Positions 26,201 through 38,386 of a stretch of DNA of 64,000 bases are shown piece by piece (the stretch's first letter is position 1; each line of letters begins with the position of its first letter). The stretch spans positions 97,128-161,127 of the forward strand of contig NMRA01000134.1 of assembly GCA_002633005.1 (NCBI GenBank), written 5' to 3'. Source of the DNA: Phoronis australis. Its lineage: Eukaryota > Animalia > Phoronida. The translations under genes and the position numbers were made by a program. Below the pieces are notes generated by a model. The model did no database searches. It saw nothing but the letters and a program-made list of their open reading frames with translations, and was not told the DNA's origin.

Positions 26201-29200
26201 GTATTGTCCCTCCTGTTTGGAGTGGCTAGAAGACGCAGGTTTGCTTCCACCAAGGAACTAGGAAAAGATCAGGCAAAGTGAACGTGACAGGTTTTGTGTG
26301 ATGTTTCAGAAACTTAGTGAAGAGAAGCACTTTGAGGGCGAAGACCACAACTCAGAATATGATCATGAAGCATTCCTAGGCAAGGAGGAGGCACAGACAT
26401 TTGACCAGTTGAGTCCTGAAGAGAGCTTGGAAAGGCTAGGGTGAGTAGAGTGTGTTGAATAGTCTTGAGTGGTGGAGAGGCTTGGATGAACAAGGGTTGT
26501 TTGTCAGTCTGGCTATCTTAGAGAGACCAGAGTTATTGAGGACTGTTGGTTGGTATGACTGTCTTAGAGAGGCCAGAGTTATTATGGACTGTTGGTTGGT
26601 CTGGCTCTCTTGGAGAGGCTTGAGTGAGTATTTAGTTTTGAATGTTGAGTGTTGATCAGCCTGGCTACCGTGGAGTGACAATCAGCCAAGCAGGTTTCTA
26701 TAATGGACAGGATGCCTTCCAGATCTACTTAAACTGCACCCCGTTGTGGCCTTTGTGTATATAAATATGTGGATGCATGTTGCCATCATCTCTGTCTAGG
26801 CGTCCAGGTATCCATCGTTTCAGACAAGTTTGACCTTTTTATTCTGTATATTTTAAGATAAGCACTGCGATCACAGGTGTATTTCAACACTCTGTGTTGT
26901 TTTTGAAATTCATTCATTGAGAAGATTTTTTTTTGTTGTTCCTATAGAAAGGTTGTAGGTTAGGCTTTGAAAATCAAAAATTTGCCTTGTATGTATTCAC
27001 AACTGTTCATTGATTGCACAAGTAGCAGTGAACCTTACTGCTTATTTGTTAATCTCTTTACATTTCTTTGCTTGATTTCTCTACTCGTATCCAGTGGCCA
27101 TGCAGGAGCACTCAAGCTTATTGACATTTCATTTGGGATTTTTTTTCAGGAAAATTGTGGATAAGATAGACAAGGACGCAGACAAAAAGGTTACAGAGGC
27201 TGAGCTGGTGGCATGGATCAAGCATGTGCAAGGCCGTTACATTATGGCTGACACTGAGCGACAATGGAAGGATCATGAATTGGAGGATGGCCAGCTGACA
27301 TGGGACCAGTACAAGGCACGTGTCTACGGTGGTGTTACAGGTGAGAAAAGGACAAGGGAGGTGCCTCTCATTGTCATTGTCTTTTGTGTTGCAGACATTT
27401 ACTTAGGCGGAATATAGAAATTGTTGTTTCTTACACGTCACTGTGACATTCTTTCTGTTTGAAGTTATTTGTGAAGACACCACAATAAACACAATTATAA
27501 ACACATAACTACATTTTTGAAGTGTTTTCCCAACCTGTTTTCTTCATTTCCTTGTTACTAATTCTTGTTATTTTCTATTTGTTCGAATCCGTAGAAACAT
27601 TACCGGGAAATGCTCCTAATTAACATTAGATGTGATCTTCGTGTGACCTTGCAGATGAAGAGATGAACAGTGAGCCTTACAACTACGCGTCCATGATTAG
27701 TCGCGATGAGCGGCGATGGAAACGGGCAGATGTCAACGCAGACAATAAAATGACAATGGAAGAGTTTTCTCACTTCCTACACCCCGAGGATGTGGAACAC
27801 ATGAGGGACGTTGTCGTCGAGGAGACCATGGAGGATATTGACAAAGACAGTGATGGTTTCATCAGTGTTGAGGAGTATATTGGTGAGTGCAGTGGGTGGA
27901 GGAAGGCAGTGTTGATTGATGGATTTATGAGTCGGCATTATGTGAGGGGGGTGCGAACTTGACAGATGTGTGGAGCTTTGAAGTGTTTAAAATTGATTGA
28001 GATATCCGTTTAATGAACCATGGTGAATATTGAGAAGAAAGAGTTGCTTCTTCAACATTACCAGGGCCTTCACTTTCTTGATCAGAAAGGTGCCTGTATC
28101 TTTTAAAAGCCGGATTTTCGTGTGTTTTTATGCCAAGATGGTAATTTTCAGGTCATTTTTTACATGGATGTCATGTTTATTTACTGCAATGCCATTCAGC
28201 CCTTATTCCATCTCTGAATAGACGAGAAGAGCAATGCTTAAACTGTTCTATAACTTAGCTAACGGTGTTGTTGCTGTGAATAATTCTCATGAGTTAGCTT
28301 TTCAAATGTCGTCTGCTTGGAACTGCTTCCCAAAGGAGTGGACAGCAAGTTCATCAGTAAAAAAACATATCCTGTACGTTTCTATGCTCCACCGCATGAC
28401 TCTATGTCATTCTCCTCTTGTAGAACTTGTTTGTGTGCCACTATTTCGAGGGCTCAAGAGCCCTGATTACTTCCTAATAAGCAAGAGATGAGAGCAGGTT
28501 GGAATGAATGAATGAAAAGAGTGTTGGCTTGTGTATAGTGTGAGACATGAATAAAACAAATTAACTTGGACAAAATCGTCACTAACAAACTTGGTTGTTT
28601 GCACATATGGAGGAAAGTTTTACGTTGTTGTCACAGATGCTTCCAAAGCTTGTCACCTCAGTTATGGGAGAAACTTTTGTCAAAAAACAGTGCAGGAAAG
28701 GGGGTATGAGCATGATAAGAAATGTAGTAAAGTTAGTCAAAGCCCCATGCATTTCCATGTTTGTAAACTGCGCTTTAATTCGTGCTTTGGCGTGGAAACC
28801 TTTATTTTGGTTTTATAATACTTTTGTGTTAGCATTGCCTACCTAATTATATGTGATAAAACCACGTGCCCATTGTTTTTCATTGATTCCTTCTACAAAA
28901 AGATTCACCACTACTTGCCTGATTCATTCCAGTTTGAAGTTTGGGATTTCAACTTGACCTGGTTACTACTACATGGGTCTTTAAGGGGTAAATACAATGA
29001 TAAAATTAACAGCATGATTGGTATTCTGACCCAGGTGTAAGCTGTTCAGGACCATGTGCCTGTGTTCTAAATAATGGGTTATTTAAAAATTGCTCATTGT
29101 CTAACATTTAGGTGCTTTCACTTGAGTTTGAGTATAGCCACAGCTTTTCAAACAGGTGTGTTCACCAATATTTATGTGTGTATTCCCACTCTCATCCTGT

Positions 29201-30627
29201 CTCTGTCCACACACAGGTAACATATTCACTCTCTCATTCTGACCCTGGCCTCCACACAAAAGTGACGTACACTCTCATTCTGTGTCTATTTTCCACACTC
29301 AGGTGACATGTGGCCAGAAGGTAGTGAGGGGGAGGAGCCTGAATGGGTGAAGAATGAGCGGGAACAGTTCTCAACATACCGCGACAAAAACCATGACGGC
29401 AAGATGGATAAGTCTGAGGTGCGCGAGTGGATTGTACCCCCGGACTACGACCACGCCGAGGCGGAGGCCAAGCACTTAATCTATGAATCTGATGAGGATA
29501 AGGTAGAGATTAGTTGGGATTTTTTCCATCTTATCATGCACCACGTGATGAAAATGAAGGGGATATTAGTTTCCCAGATTTTCAGTGATAACAGAAAACT
29601 TGTGTTAATATCATGCCACGTCTCTTAGATTGTGACATTTTTTTGTTAAGATTTACAAAATTAATAATTTCAATCATGGTAGACACCGGAATTTTCATAA
29701 ATTTGGTCACTTTTTGCTTGCAGACAACATGTTTAGTTGTTGTATTTAAATGACAAAAGTACTAAGGTTATTAATTTTTAGATGGGAGAAAAGTAATTTA
29801 CTAAAACAGATTTATCAGAGTGGATATGTAGTGATACGACATTCAGATTCTCGAACAGTAAGTTCAACCTTTTTTGCCATGTGGACATGTAATCACAATA
29901 CATTGAAGTGTAGCGCGATCTGTCTCGTCTTAACTCTGCTTTGTGTTAGTGCTGCCATCCATTGGTGCTCTATCTTACAGCCAGGGCTGACTAAACGCTA
30001 TGAGCTGTGCTGTGTGCTTCAATGGAAATTTTCTTCAGGTCTTAGTTACCGGAACATGCGAGTTAAAATGCTCACTGACCTGTGAACTATGTTCATAGTT
30101 AACGGTGTAAATGTATTACACATGGTTGCAATGAGTGATTGTAAGAGATTGTGTGTTGTCAACTGATGCAATAAATATATTTCGTTGGCTTCCAAAGGCA
30201 ATCTACCAAGCTCTTAACTCACCTCACATTGCATGTTGTGAGGATTACATTTTCAACCTATAAGAAATTGAAAAAGTGGCATGGGCGAATACTTACGGTT
30301 ACCCAGATGTGAGTTACGGGCTGAGCTCATTTGCATTTTAGGTGTGTAGCTCTTCATCTGCACTGGCCCTTAATGCTGTCTTGCACTTGGGTGGCACTCG
30401 ACAGTGCCTTCTCATGGTGCTCTGTCAATACTGCCATCTCTTGGTGCAGGCCTGTATGTTCCAGCTACGTTCATTTTTTTTCTTCACAGGCTTTACTTTA
30501 ATTTAAATATTTTACTTTACAGGATGGTAGTCTGAGTAAGGAGGAGATTCTCAAGAAACATGAGCTGTTTGTGGGTAGCCAGGCCACAGACTACGGTGAA
30601 GCTCTGATGAAACATGAGGAGCTATAA
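23214..30627 (+). CDS. CALU: Calumenin/reticulocalbin (CREC family) multi-EF-hand Ca2+-binding protein of the ER lumen, 318 aa
   Basis: Exons 23214-23315, 26310-26440, 27150-27340, 27655-27882, 29303-29502, 30523-30627 (TAA); 957 nt in frame. Signal peptide [45 protein letters not shown]-hands such as [16 protein letters not shown] and [14 protein letters not shown]-terminus [19 protein letters not shown]. Probably co-orthologous to vertebrate CALU/RCN1/RCN3. The first coding exon has a weak donor (AAA|GTATTA). Confidence 0.95.
26426..26680 (+). repeat. Degenerate ~46-bp tandem array starting at a CREC exon donor
   Basis: Units at about 26426, 26471, 26517, 26563 and 26609, of the form CTT(G/A)GA(A/G)AGGC... 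Confidence 0.6.
29180..29310 (+). repeat. Degenerate ~43-bp tandem array ending at a CREC exon acceptor
   Basis: Three units of ACTCTCAT(C/T)CTG...TCCACAC..(A)GTRAC. Confidence 0.65.
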
Positions 30628-31832
30628 GGTTGAGAGCGCCCCCTTGCCATGAATCCAGCTTCCTGACCAAGACATAATTGACCTTTAATAATCTCGTTGA
30701 TAGTTATTCCGTCTTGTCGCATAAATCTAAAGAGATTTGTCAACTCAACTTAAACTTGTGCCCTGGTTATATTCCTGCTGAACACAATCCAGAATAGTTT
30801 CTGAGGAGTTGAAATCCATATTTAAAAAAATTACCTGAAGTGTTTTGATTTAATGACTTTAAAAAATTTAGGCCTGTGTTTGATAGTGATAGCTGGGACA
30901 TTTGTGTCTACTTAAAGGGTATGTTTTACAATTGTTTTGTGAAAATCTTATTGCAACCCGATTTATGTTCAGTTTCCAGGTATCAATTCGTGCTGGAGTT
31001 CTCAACTTAGCTGCTGTTGAGTGCACTTGACATCTGTTTGCTATCAGTGGATATTATGTTATCATTATGAGTGTGTAGATATTTACATGTAGAATTTACA
31101 TAAATTACTGTTTAGTTTTAGCGCAGTGAATAGTCCTAGTTTTGCTAGGTAGTTAATACATCAATTAGGTATAGCCCATTGTTCATGCTGATTTGCAGTG
31201 CTCTGTAGAATATGTAGAAACCTCCCCTTTCTGCTCATAAATGGTCAAACACTGGGGTCAAAGGTTGTATAGGGAGGGCAATCACACTGTGACCAAGTCG
31301 CATTTCTGCCTAACAAAATGGTGACTTGTTAAATGCATGAGCAGAAGGCGGAGCTTCACCATCTAAAGTGCTGTTGGTTGTCAGTAAACTTGTGCTCTAA
31401 ACAAGTCGTACATGTATGTGGAAATATATGCGTGAGATTCCTGATATACCAGTCCCACCCAAATCTATGAAAGTTGTTGTATTGTTTGGTGCTGCTGTTT
31501 AGCTCCTGTTATTTATCATATTTGGTTGTAATGAATGATATTGTTGTTCCCCTATGTAGCTCGCATGTTGGTCTGATAAAACAACTAACCAAACAAAACA
31601 AAGAGATCAACATGGGGACTTGACCTTTTCCAACAAGAAACAAGTGTAGTTAAAGGTCGTGTGCTGCTGCATTAAACAATGCTAGTAGCTTCAAAAGTCT
31701 GCTTTAATGAACTGTTGAAATTGTAAAACTGCATGTTTTGCTGTTAAAATTGTGCAAAATACTCGATGATTAGGTTGAGTAGTTGTTCATAGTTTTAACA
31801 AACCTGTTTTAGACTTATTGAATCAATTTGTT

Positions 31833-31838
31833 AATAAA
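31833..31838 (+). promoter_or_regulatory. Probable polyadenylation signal of the CREC gene
   Basis: AATAAA about 1.2 kb after the stop, followed by a T-rich tract. Confidence 0.5.
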
Positions 31839-32217
31839 AATACTAATTCTATTTCGTTTTCCTTTCATCGCATGAACTGCGTAGATAAACTAGTACAAAT
31901 GGTACATATAAATCTCACAAGTATATTTGCAATTCTTTAAAACCTGAAACATACCAAGAGGTCAATATTAGATATTTTCACATATTTAAAAAAAATAGAT
32001 GAAAGCATTTTTATGAGCTTCTTGTTTCTACGTTTACAGGCCAAGGAATTGTCATTCTATCCCTTGTACCAGGAAGAGCTATAAACTGGTTATCTCTTCC
32101 TTCTTGTACTGAATGTGTCCTTAATGTTTCCAAATTGAAGAATAAGGTTACCATGGTAGCCACAGAAATAGAATGCTGGAGCTGAATAGAAATTGGTCCA
32201 AGTTGATAACTAATGCC

Positions 32218-33301
32218 AACAAGAGCAACGCAGAGCGTTGAAATGCGCCCACAATTGCACCGTATACGGTATCCTTCTAGGGTTGTTTATTGGTACCATA
32301 AAGTGGCCAGTAGAGGGCATATATGTAGTATGTTGTACTTTGCAAAATGGAAAGGCATGGTCATTGTCTCCTCAATAGGCTAGGTTTCAAAATGTGAGTG
32401 ATCTTCATAATACAAGCACATCCTATGCATCAGTTGCTTAAAGCACCACAGAAACATAGAATTAAAAACAAATTTACCAACATACGAGATTAGCACAGCA
32501 TTAGAATGCCAGAAACAAATTTCTACTTGGAACTTTTCCTTCATAGTCACGAAGTAACACAAAGTATACACCTGAAGACCTATGAAAATACAGAGGTCAA
32601 TGTAAAATACTAAAATTGCCACTAGAGGCAAATACTAAAATTGCCACTAGAGGCATACCGGTAATCAGAATCATCCTAAAGTCGTCATCATCCGTTGTCA
32701 ACATCACATAAATACACTTGCTAAATTTAGTAAAGATCCTGCAAACGGTTTGGGAGATACAGCCATGGGCGCAAAAAAACAAAACTGCCACTAGGAGGCG
32801 CCACAGTAGTCCAAATCGTCTGAAAATCATTGTCAGCTGTCTTCCTTATAGTAAGCACATACACGCCAATTTTCACAATCATCCTTTGAGCGGTTTGGTT
32901 GATAGAGGGGTGGACGCAAAAATACAGACTCGAAAACAGTAAAAATGGCCACTAGGTGGCGCAAACTACGTCGAATCCATCTGAAAACAGTAGGATAGCG
33001 TCATCTCACTAATAGGTGCCTACATACCAAATTTCATGAAAATCCGTTCAATACTTTTGAAGATACAAAGGTAAGCGTAAAAAACTAAAATTGCCACTAG
33101 GGGGCACACCGGTAGTCGGATCCGTCCGAAAGTTCGCACATGCCGTCCCATTCATGAATGGAACATATGTGCCAAATTTCATGAACATATGTCAAAGGGT
33201 TTTGGAGATAGAGCAGCGGACGCCGTACAGACGGACGCCACCCGTACGGACGGAGATGACGGCATAATGCGTCCACATATAAATATGTGGGCGCATAAAA
33301 A
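32218..33301 (+). mobile_element. Near-complete Helentron/DINE-1-like non-autonomous element
   Basis: Begins AACAAGAG with hairpin CAACGC-AGA-GCGTTG; subterminal IR ATGCGCCCACA...TGTGGGCGCAT; terminal palindrome TGCGTCCACATAT-A-AATATGTGGGCGCA then TAAAAA; GACGGAC microsatellite; internal degenerate subunits. Confidence 0.7.
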
Positions 33302-35188
33302 TTGCTCTGCTCTTTGGCAACTCGAACTCCACAAGGTCGTTTTTTTCAGATACTTTTTAAAACTGACCAAGTGTAAAAGACGAAATGGATGAGAAGTCAG
33401 TAATAATTGCATTAGGAGTAGCATAAGTGTGTTTATTTCATGTTGTATAAAATACAAAATTCAGTGTTGACTTGGGGAATGCCCTTTGAACAAAAATAAT
33501 GTCGAGCTGTTGATTGCACTCAAGTGCAAGCTGATGTTGGGGTAAGGAGCATGTGGGTTACTAAAGACAGGGGACCAAAGAAAAGTGGGGACCAAAGACG
33601 ACTTTAGACAAAAAGATACCTCTTCCCAATGAGACAGATGACCAATCCTGAAACCTCTCACATACAATTTTCAGACGAAGAAGTGGAACTAAAAATCTAA
33701 ACAGAAAACTTCTTCATCGTATAACAGAAAGTTGTCCGTAATATCATCAAGAACAATTTTATATAAACATTTTTTGTATGTGTAGCAATCTCTTAAGAAC
33801 AATTCAAGAGTACAGGTTGCTGAATTCAACCAAAAGATGCGCGTTCTTTGATGAATAATGGCAGTCGGCCAGCTCTACATCAGGTGCTTACTTTAACAAC
33901 TGCATCTTGATGGGAACCAACAAGATAATCAGATGGGCTTCTTCATTCTATTTGGCTATCTACTTACCACATGCAGTAGATCTACTCTGAATTATGAAAT
34001 TAGTGTAATGATACTACTTAAAGATGATTCAGATACCTATTCCATACATATTTTCCTCGATGTAAATCATCATAGTGGCCACAAGCTATTCGGAGACATT
34101 CCCTCATCACAAGCAAGTCATGTGCATTCACTGCCCACCGGTTATAGCCAGATGTTTGTCTCAGTTATTTTGTCTGTATTAATAGAGCACAAAGGCTTTT
34201 ATTGCCTCTTCAACTTGATGTTAAATAGGCCATAGTGATAATTAGATCAAGGTCGAATTTCAAGGTGAAGCAAATCAAGAGTGCAGCACCAACTCTTATC
34301 ACAGAGACAATATTGGTGGCCTGCGAGGTAGGAAGTGGTGCCAACAGCATATTAACACATAATATAAAGGCATGTTGAGTGTGCTGGAGAACAGGTGTTG
34401 TTTAGGAACACCAGGAAATATTCCAACTACACCATACGTATCAGTTAATACTCCAGCTATACCATGACTTCTTTCATACAAATCATTGTGTACAGCCCAT
34501 GTGACATGATCTAGTTGATTTGAATATTCAATTCATTAAACAAGACAATACAAAATGAGCATATTTTCACAACTGTGAAATTTGCAACCTATCACATTGG
34601 AGTCCTGGCTTGAGTTATACAGGGTGGTTCTCCCAAAATAAACAAATTAGAAAATTATGACATACAGAGTTATTTCCTACAAATTTTTGCCAATAACTTT
34701 TTTCTACTTGAGTTAGGGACCCGAATCCTTGCATAAATTTGTGCAATTCTGTGGTGTGCGGACCAGACTTGTAAATATTTGCAATCTATATTTCCATCCC
34801 AGTACAATATTTATGTAACCATATTTGTACAACTCTGTAGCGAATGATGAAGCAAATGGTGCAAAAGGATTGCTGCTTATCAGATTTTACATCAGTGTGT
34901 CAATGGATATATTCCGTAGTGCAGCACGTTTTTCAATTTGGAAAGGTGCATCGGGATGAGTTTAGGCATATTTCCAGTACCTACTGCAAAAATGCTTGAA
35001 TCCATAGTTTTAGGACTTGTCTCTCGATTAGACTATCCTGCCAGCTCAACTACATCATATTTACAAACATAATTTCATGCCTCCTCGTGCTTCATTGGTC
35101 TAAATTTAATGAGCATTTCCGGAAATGCTGACTGAACAGACCGACAGCTCGAAGAATACATTTACAACAATATTACTCAATTACTATA

Positions 35189-38100
35189 CTACAAGACATA
35201 CAACAGTGCTACGAGAGCCATTATGATCATGCTCAGTGACATTCCATGGATGTTACGACCACATGCCGTGTCATCTACATTTTTGTACACATAGTAAAAG
35301 TCAGAGTGCTTCTTCACCTGGGATACCGTCTGGCCATTGAAGACCACTTTAAATAGTCCTGAAATGAGAGTATATTCAATATTCCATTACTCATGTATAC
35401 CCCAGTGAAATGAAATTATCCATTCCCCTTGTATATCTCAGTTAAATGAGAGTATATTCAATATTCCATTACCCAATCACGTACACCTCAGTGAAATGAG
35501 AGTATATTCAATATTCCATTCTCCATGTATATCTCAGTGAAATGAGAGTATATTCAATATTCCATTACCCGTGTCCACCTCAGTGACCACCTCAAGAATT
35601 TTGTTGGTGGCCTCTGATGGTCTGGTGATGGGAATAAGAATACACAAGTCTCGGAACACATTTCCATAAGTCACATACTTGTCACCCATACTATGTATTT
35701 TTAGGAAAGATAACATCAAAAATGGTTGCTTTTCCTTTGAAAGTTGGATGATGAATGGAGGCAGAATGGGTGAGATTAATCTTTTGAAAAGGATGACGTC
35801 ATTGAAAAATACAGACATTACGTAGGGAGACAGCAAGTAATGTATCTTATCATTTTGTCTAAATTTGGAGATGGTAAATGCACTCCTTACTTTTCCAATG
35901 AAATGACTGCAGAAACTCACTGTAAAAGACTGAAGTAGACCGTACAAAGAGGAGACATACAAGTAATACTAAGAGACGGATGATTGTGAGTAAATTGACT
36001 TGAAAGTGGTGTGATATAACATCCTCTTGCATTACAATCAGTTTCTGTGCCCCCTATAGTTGCTTGGCACAGTTGGCTTGAAACTCGATTTTGCACACTG
36101 TAAGCTCTGCAGTGATGCTAAACAAATTGATGCACCTCAGTACCCCTTTAATCCACCCGTGACTTACCCAGACGAATGTTGGTCTTCAGTGCCCCACTGT
36201 GGACCCTGAAGTCATGTTGAGTCTGGTTACCCTGGTTAATCACCATGGATACCTTGGTTACTTCACAGTTCTGTGCACCTGAGATTTCCGTCACTGCAAA
36301 ATATTGTAACCTGTAAATTCACTTTAGACTGCGGTGTTTGTGACTCATGTATTTAATGTAACCAACAAAGGACATTATAAGTGAGAATTATTATTTCTTC
36401 ACACACGCCATATGTTAGTCACTTCACGTGACCTATAGTTAAGTACGAAAAGATTTCAGTGCTCCGTCCAGGGTTCGAACTTAGGACATTCTGCTCACCG
36501 TGCAGACGATCTAGTCCACTGAGCAATCGGGACCACCGGTCGAATACAGAAATCTAAACAGACTAGTTAATAGAAAGCATCTTAACCAAACTTGGGTGTG
36601 CATATACATGTGGCTGGTCGATGGCTGGGGTTGTTTTTAGGCATGGAATTGGTGGTTTGCACTTTAAAACTACAAACTTAAGAATAAACTTCTTTCATTA
36701 GCTAATTTTCAATCCTCAGTGCTGCCTTGTATCAAGTTCAATTTATGCACCTCGAAAAACTTCGCATCATTGATAAAGTTGTGACTATTTTTCTCAGGCA
36801 AAGAACTGTTCTAATGCATTGTGCAGCTTAACAAAACTCTTACCATCGACTTGAGTAGGCATGAAGGTGAAGAACTGTGGAAAGCTATGTTCTAAAGCCG
36901 TCGTTACAGCATTAATGAAGCCAGACTTGCTGGATTTGACAGTAGAGCAGGGTATATCAAAAGCCACAGTCACATTAATGGCGGCCAGTTTTTGAAGAGT
37001 CTCGACTGGACTCTGACATGAATAACCGCACCCATCTGAGCAGCACTTTAAGTTGTCCCGGCAACTACAAAAACAACCGAGCAAAATAAGACACAGTTAT
37101 TCTTCAGTTATTTTCCACAAAAATAATTGGCAAATTTTGAAAGCCTGACTACAGTGCTATAAATAATAAAAATGAGTAAGTGTTATTTCAAGACCGATGC
37201 ACTATGCAACACTAATAGAGAAGTTCACATGTGACACCCGACATTGTATGAAATGGAATGTCCAAAATAGTCATATTGCCCAAACTGAACACAATATACA
37301 TTAACAGCACAATACATACATAGATAGATAGAGAGTTTAGCCATTCATAATACAAATAACCATGCATGTACACAAGTCGCTCTTAGTTGCTAAGCACACG
37401 TTAAAGTGACAAGAGTGGGACTTGTATTAGTCGAAGGTAAACAACAAAACCAAGGTTTTACTAAGACTATAATATTATGTATAACAGCCACTGATTACTT
37501 TAGAAATATCAAAACAAGGCAAGAGGACTTTCAAAAGGCTAAGGAGCCGCTTGCATGAAAGCCACCAATATATACACAAGTCATGTAGTTAGCAAAAAAT
37601 AAACTAGGTAATTCGTTCAACAATTTATCTCACTACATGAGCGAAACACCAAACTGTGTTGAGTACCAACAAAATGATTATATATCTATGTAAAATGTGA
37701 ACATGTACAGGGGATAAATACCTAGGGACTTCAGTATAAACTACCGATGCAATAATGGGAGAAACTAAAATAAGGTACCAATTAAGAATGATGTAACCTA
37801 AGCTTTAACATAGTTAGCACAACAAATGAAAAAGACGAATAAATACGTTATGTATATTAAACTATAAGAAAAACCACATTACAAAGACAAAAAGAACTAA
37901 AAGTACAGAATAAAAATGCCTAGGCAGGTATAACTGTATGATTGAAATTCATTGCACAGTGCAGGGAAAAAAAGAATCAGAAGTGACAGGTAAGAAACAT
38001 CTCTCTAATACTTTTAAAATTTTTAAAACTTTAGCGATGCTGAGATGCACATCTTCTGCAGTTTGATATTGAGCATTTTTCTAAATAGTTTTGTAACGTT

Positions 38101-38386
38101 ACAACCAATTTAAACAGGTATTACATTTTTAGTATTTCTTTGTTTCCACTCCATTTTATTGTTTTGTTAAATACCTTATTATAAGTAACATAATTAGCAT
38201 TGCCTTATTAACTGAATAAAAGATCACCTACTCAGTGTCATTCTTATTTGGGTAACAGTTCATTACACAAATGCTCCCAAGGTCAGGGTCCAGCGTGGGA
38301 CAGTAACCAGCCTTACGGCTTTCAGTGGCTGACAGAGTGACAATAGTCACCAGCAGTACAAGTTGCCTGTGTACACCATTCACCAT
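35189..38386 (-). CDS. Secreted WAP (four-disulfide core) domain protein with a SEA-like module and a GPI-type hydrophobic tail, 223 aa
   Basis: Exons on the minus strand: 38386-38232, 37064-36844, 36293-36168, 35358-35189 (TAG); 672 nt in frame. Signal peptide MVNGVHRQLVLLVTIVTLSATES; 8-Cys WAP pattern RKAGYCPTLDPDLGSICVMNCYPNKNDTDCRDNLKCCSDGCGYSCQSP; C-terminus DTACGRNIHGMSLSMIIMALVALLYVL*. Confidence 0.82.
35361..35586. repeat. ~46-bp tandem array abutting the last acceptor of the WAP gene
   Basis: AAATGAGAGTATATTCAATATTCCATT at about 35362, 35444, 35494 and 35540, plus shortened units. Confidence 0.85.
36461..36534 (-). mobile_element. tRNA-derived sequence (SINE head or tRNA pseudogene) in a WAP-gene intron
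   Basis: Minus strand GGTCCCGATTGCTCAGTGG...TCTGC-ACGGTGA-GCAGA...GTTCGAACCC; A- and B-box-like motifs; non-canonical anticodon loop. Confidence 0.55.

Noticed and set aside
35361-35586. CRISPR-like look (conserved ~28-bp repeat with variable spacers)
   Set aside because: Spacers are short and related to each other, there are no cas genes, and the context is a eukaryotic intron; it is a minisatellite
35534-35962. 142-aa minus-strand ORF
   Set aside because: Intronic, partly made of the minisatellite, with no recognisable domain
36294-36312. Upstream acceptor (TTTACAG) for the third WAP exon
   Set aside because: Joining it to the phase-1 donor at 36844 gives an in-frame TGA; the acceptor giving an exon start at 36293 keeps the frame open
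36461-36534. Functional tRNA-Thr gene
   Set aside because: The anticodon loop lacks the invariant U33 and the stems are imperfect; SINE head or pseudogene is more likely
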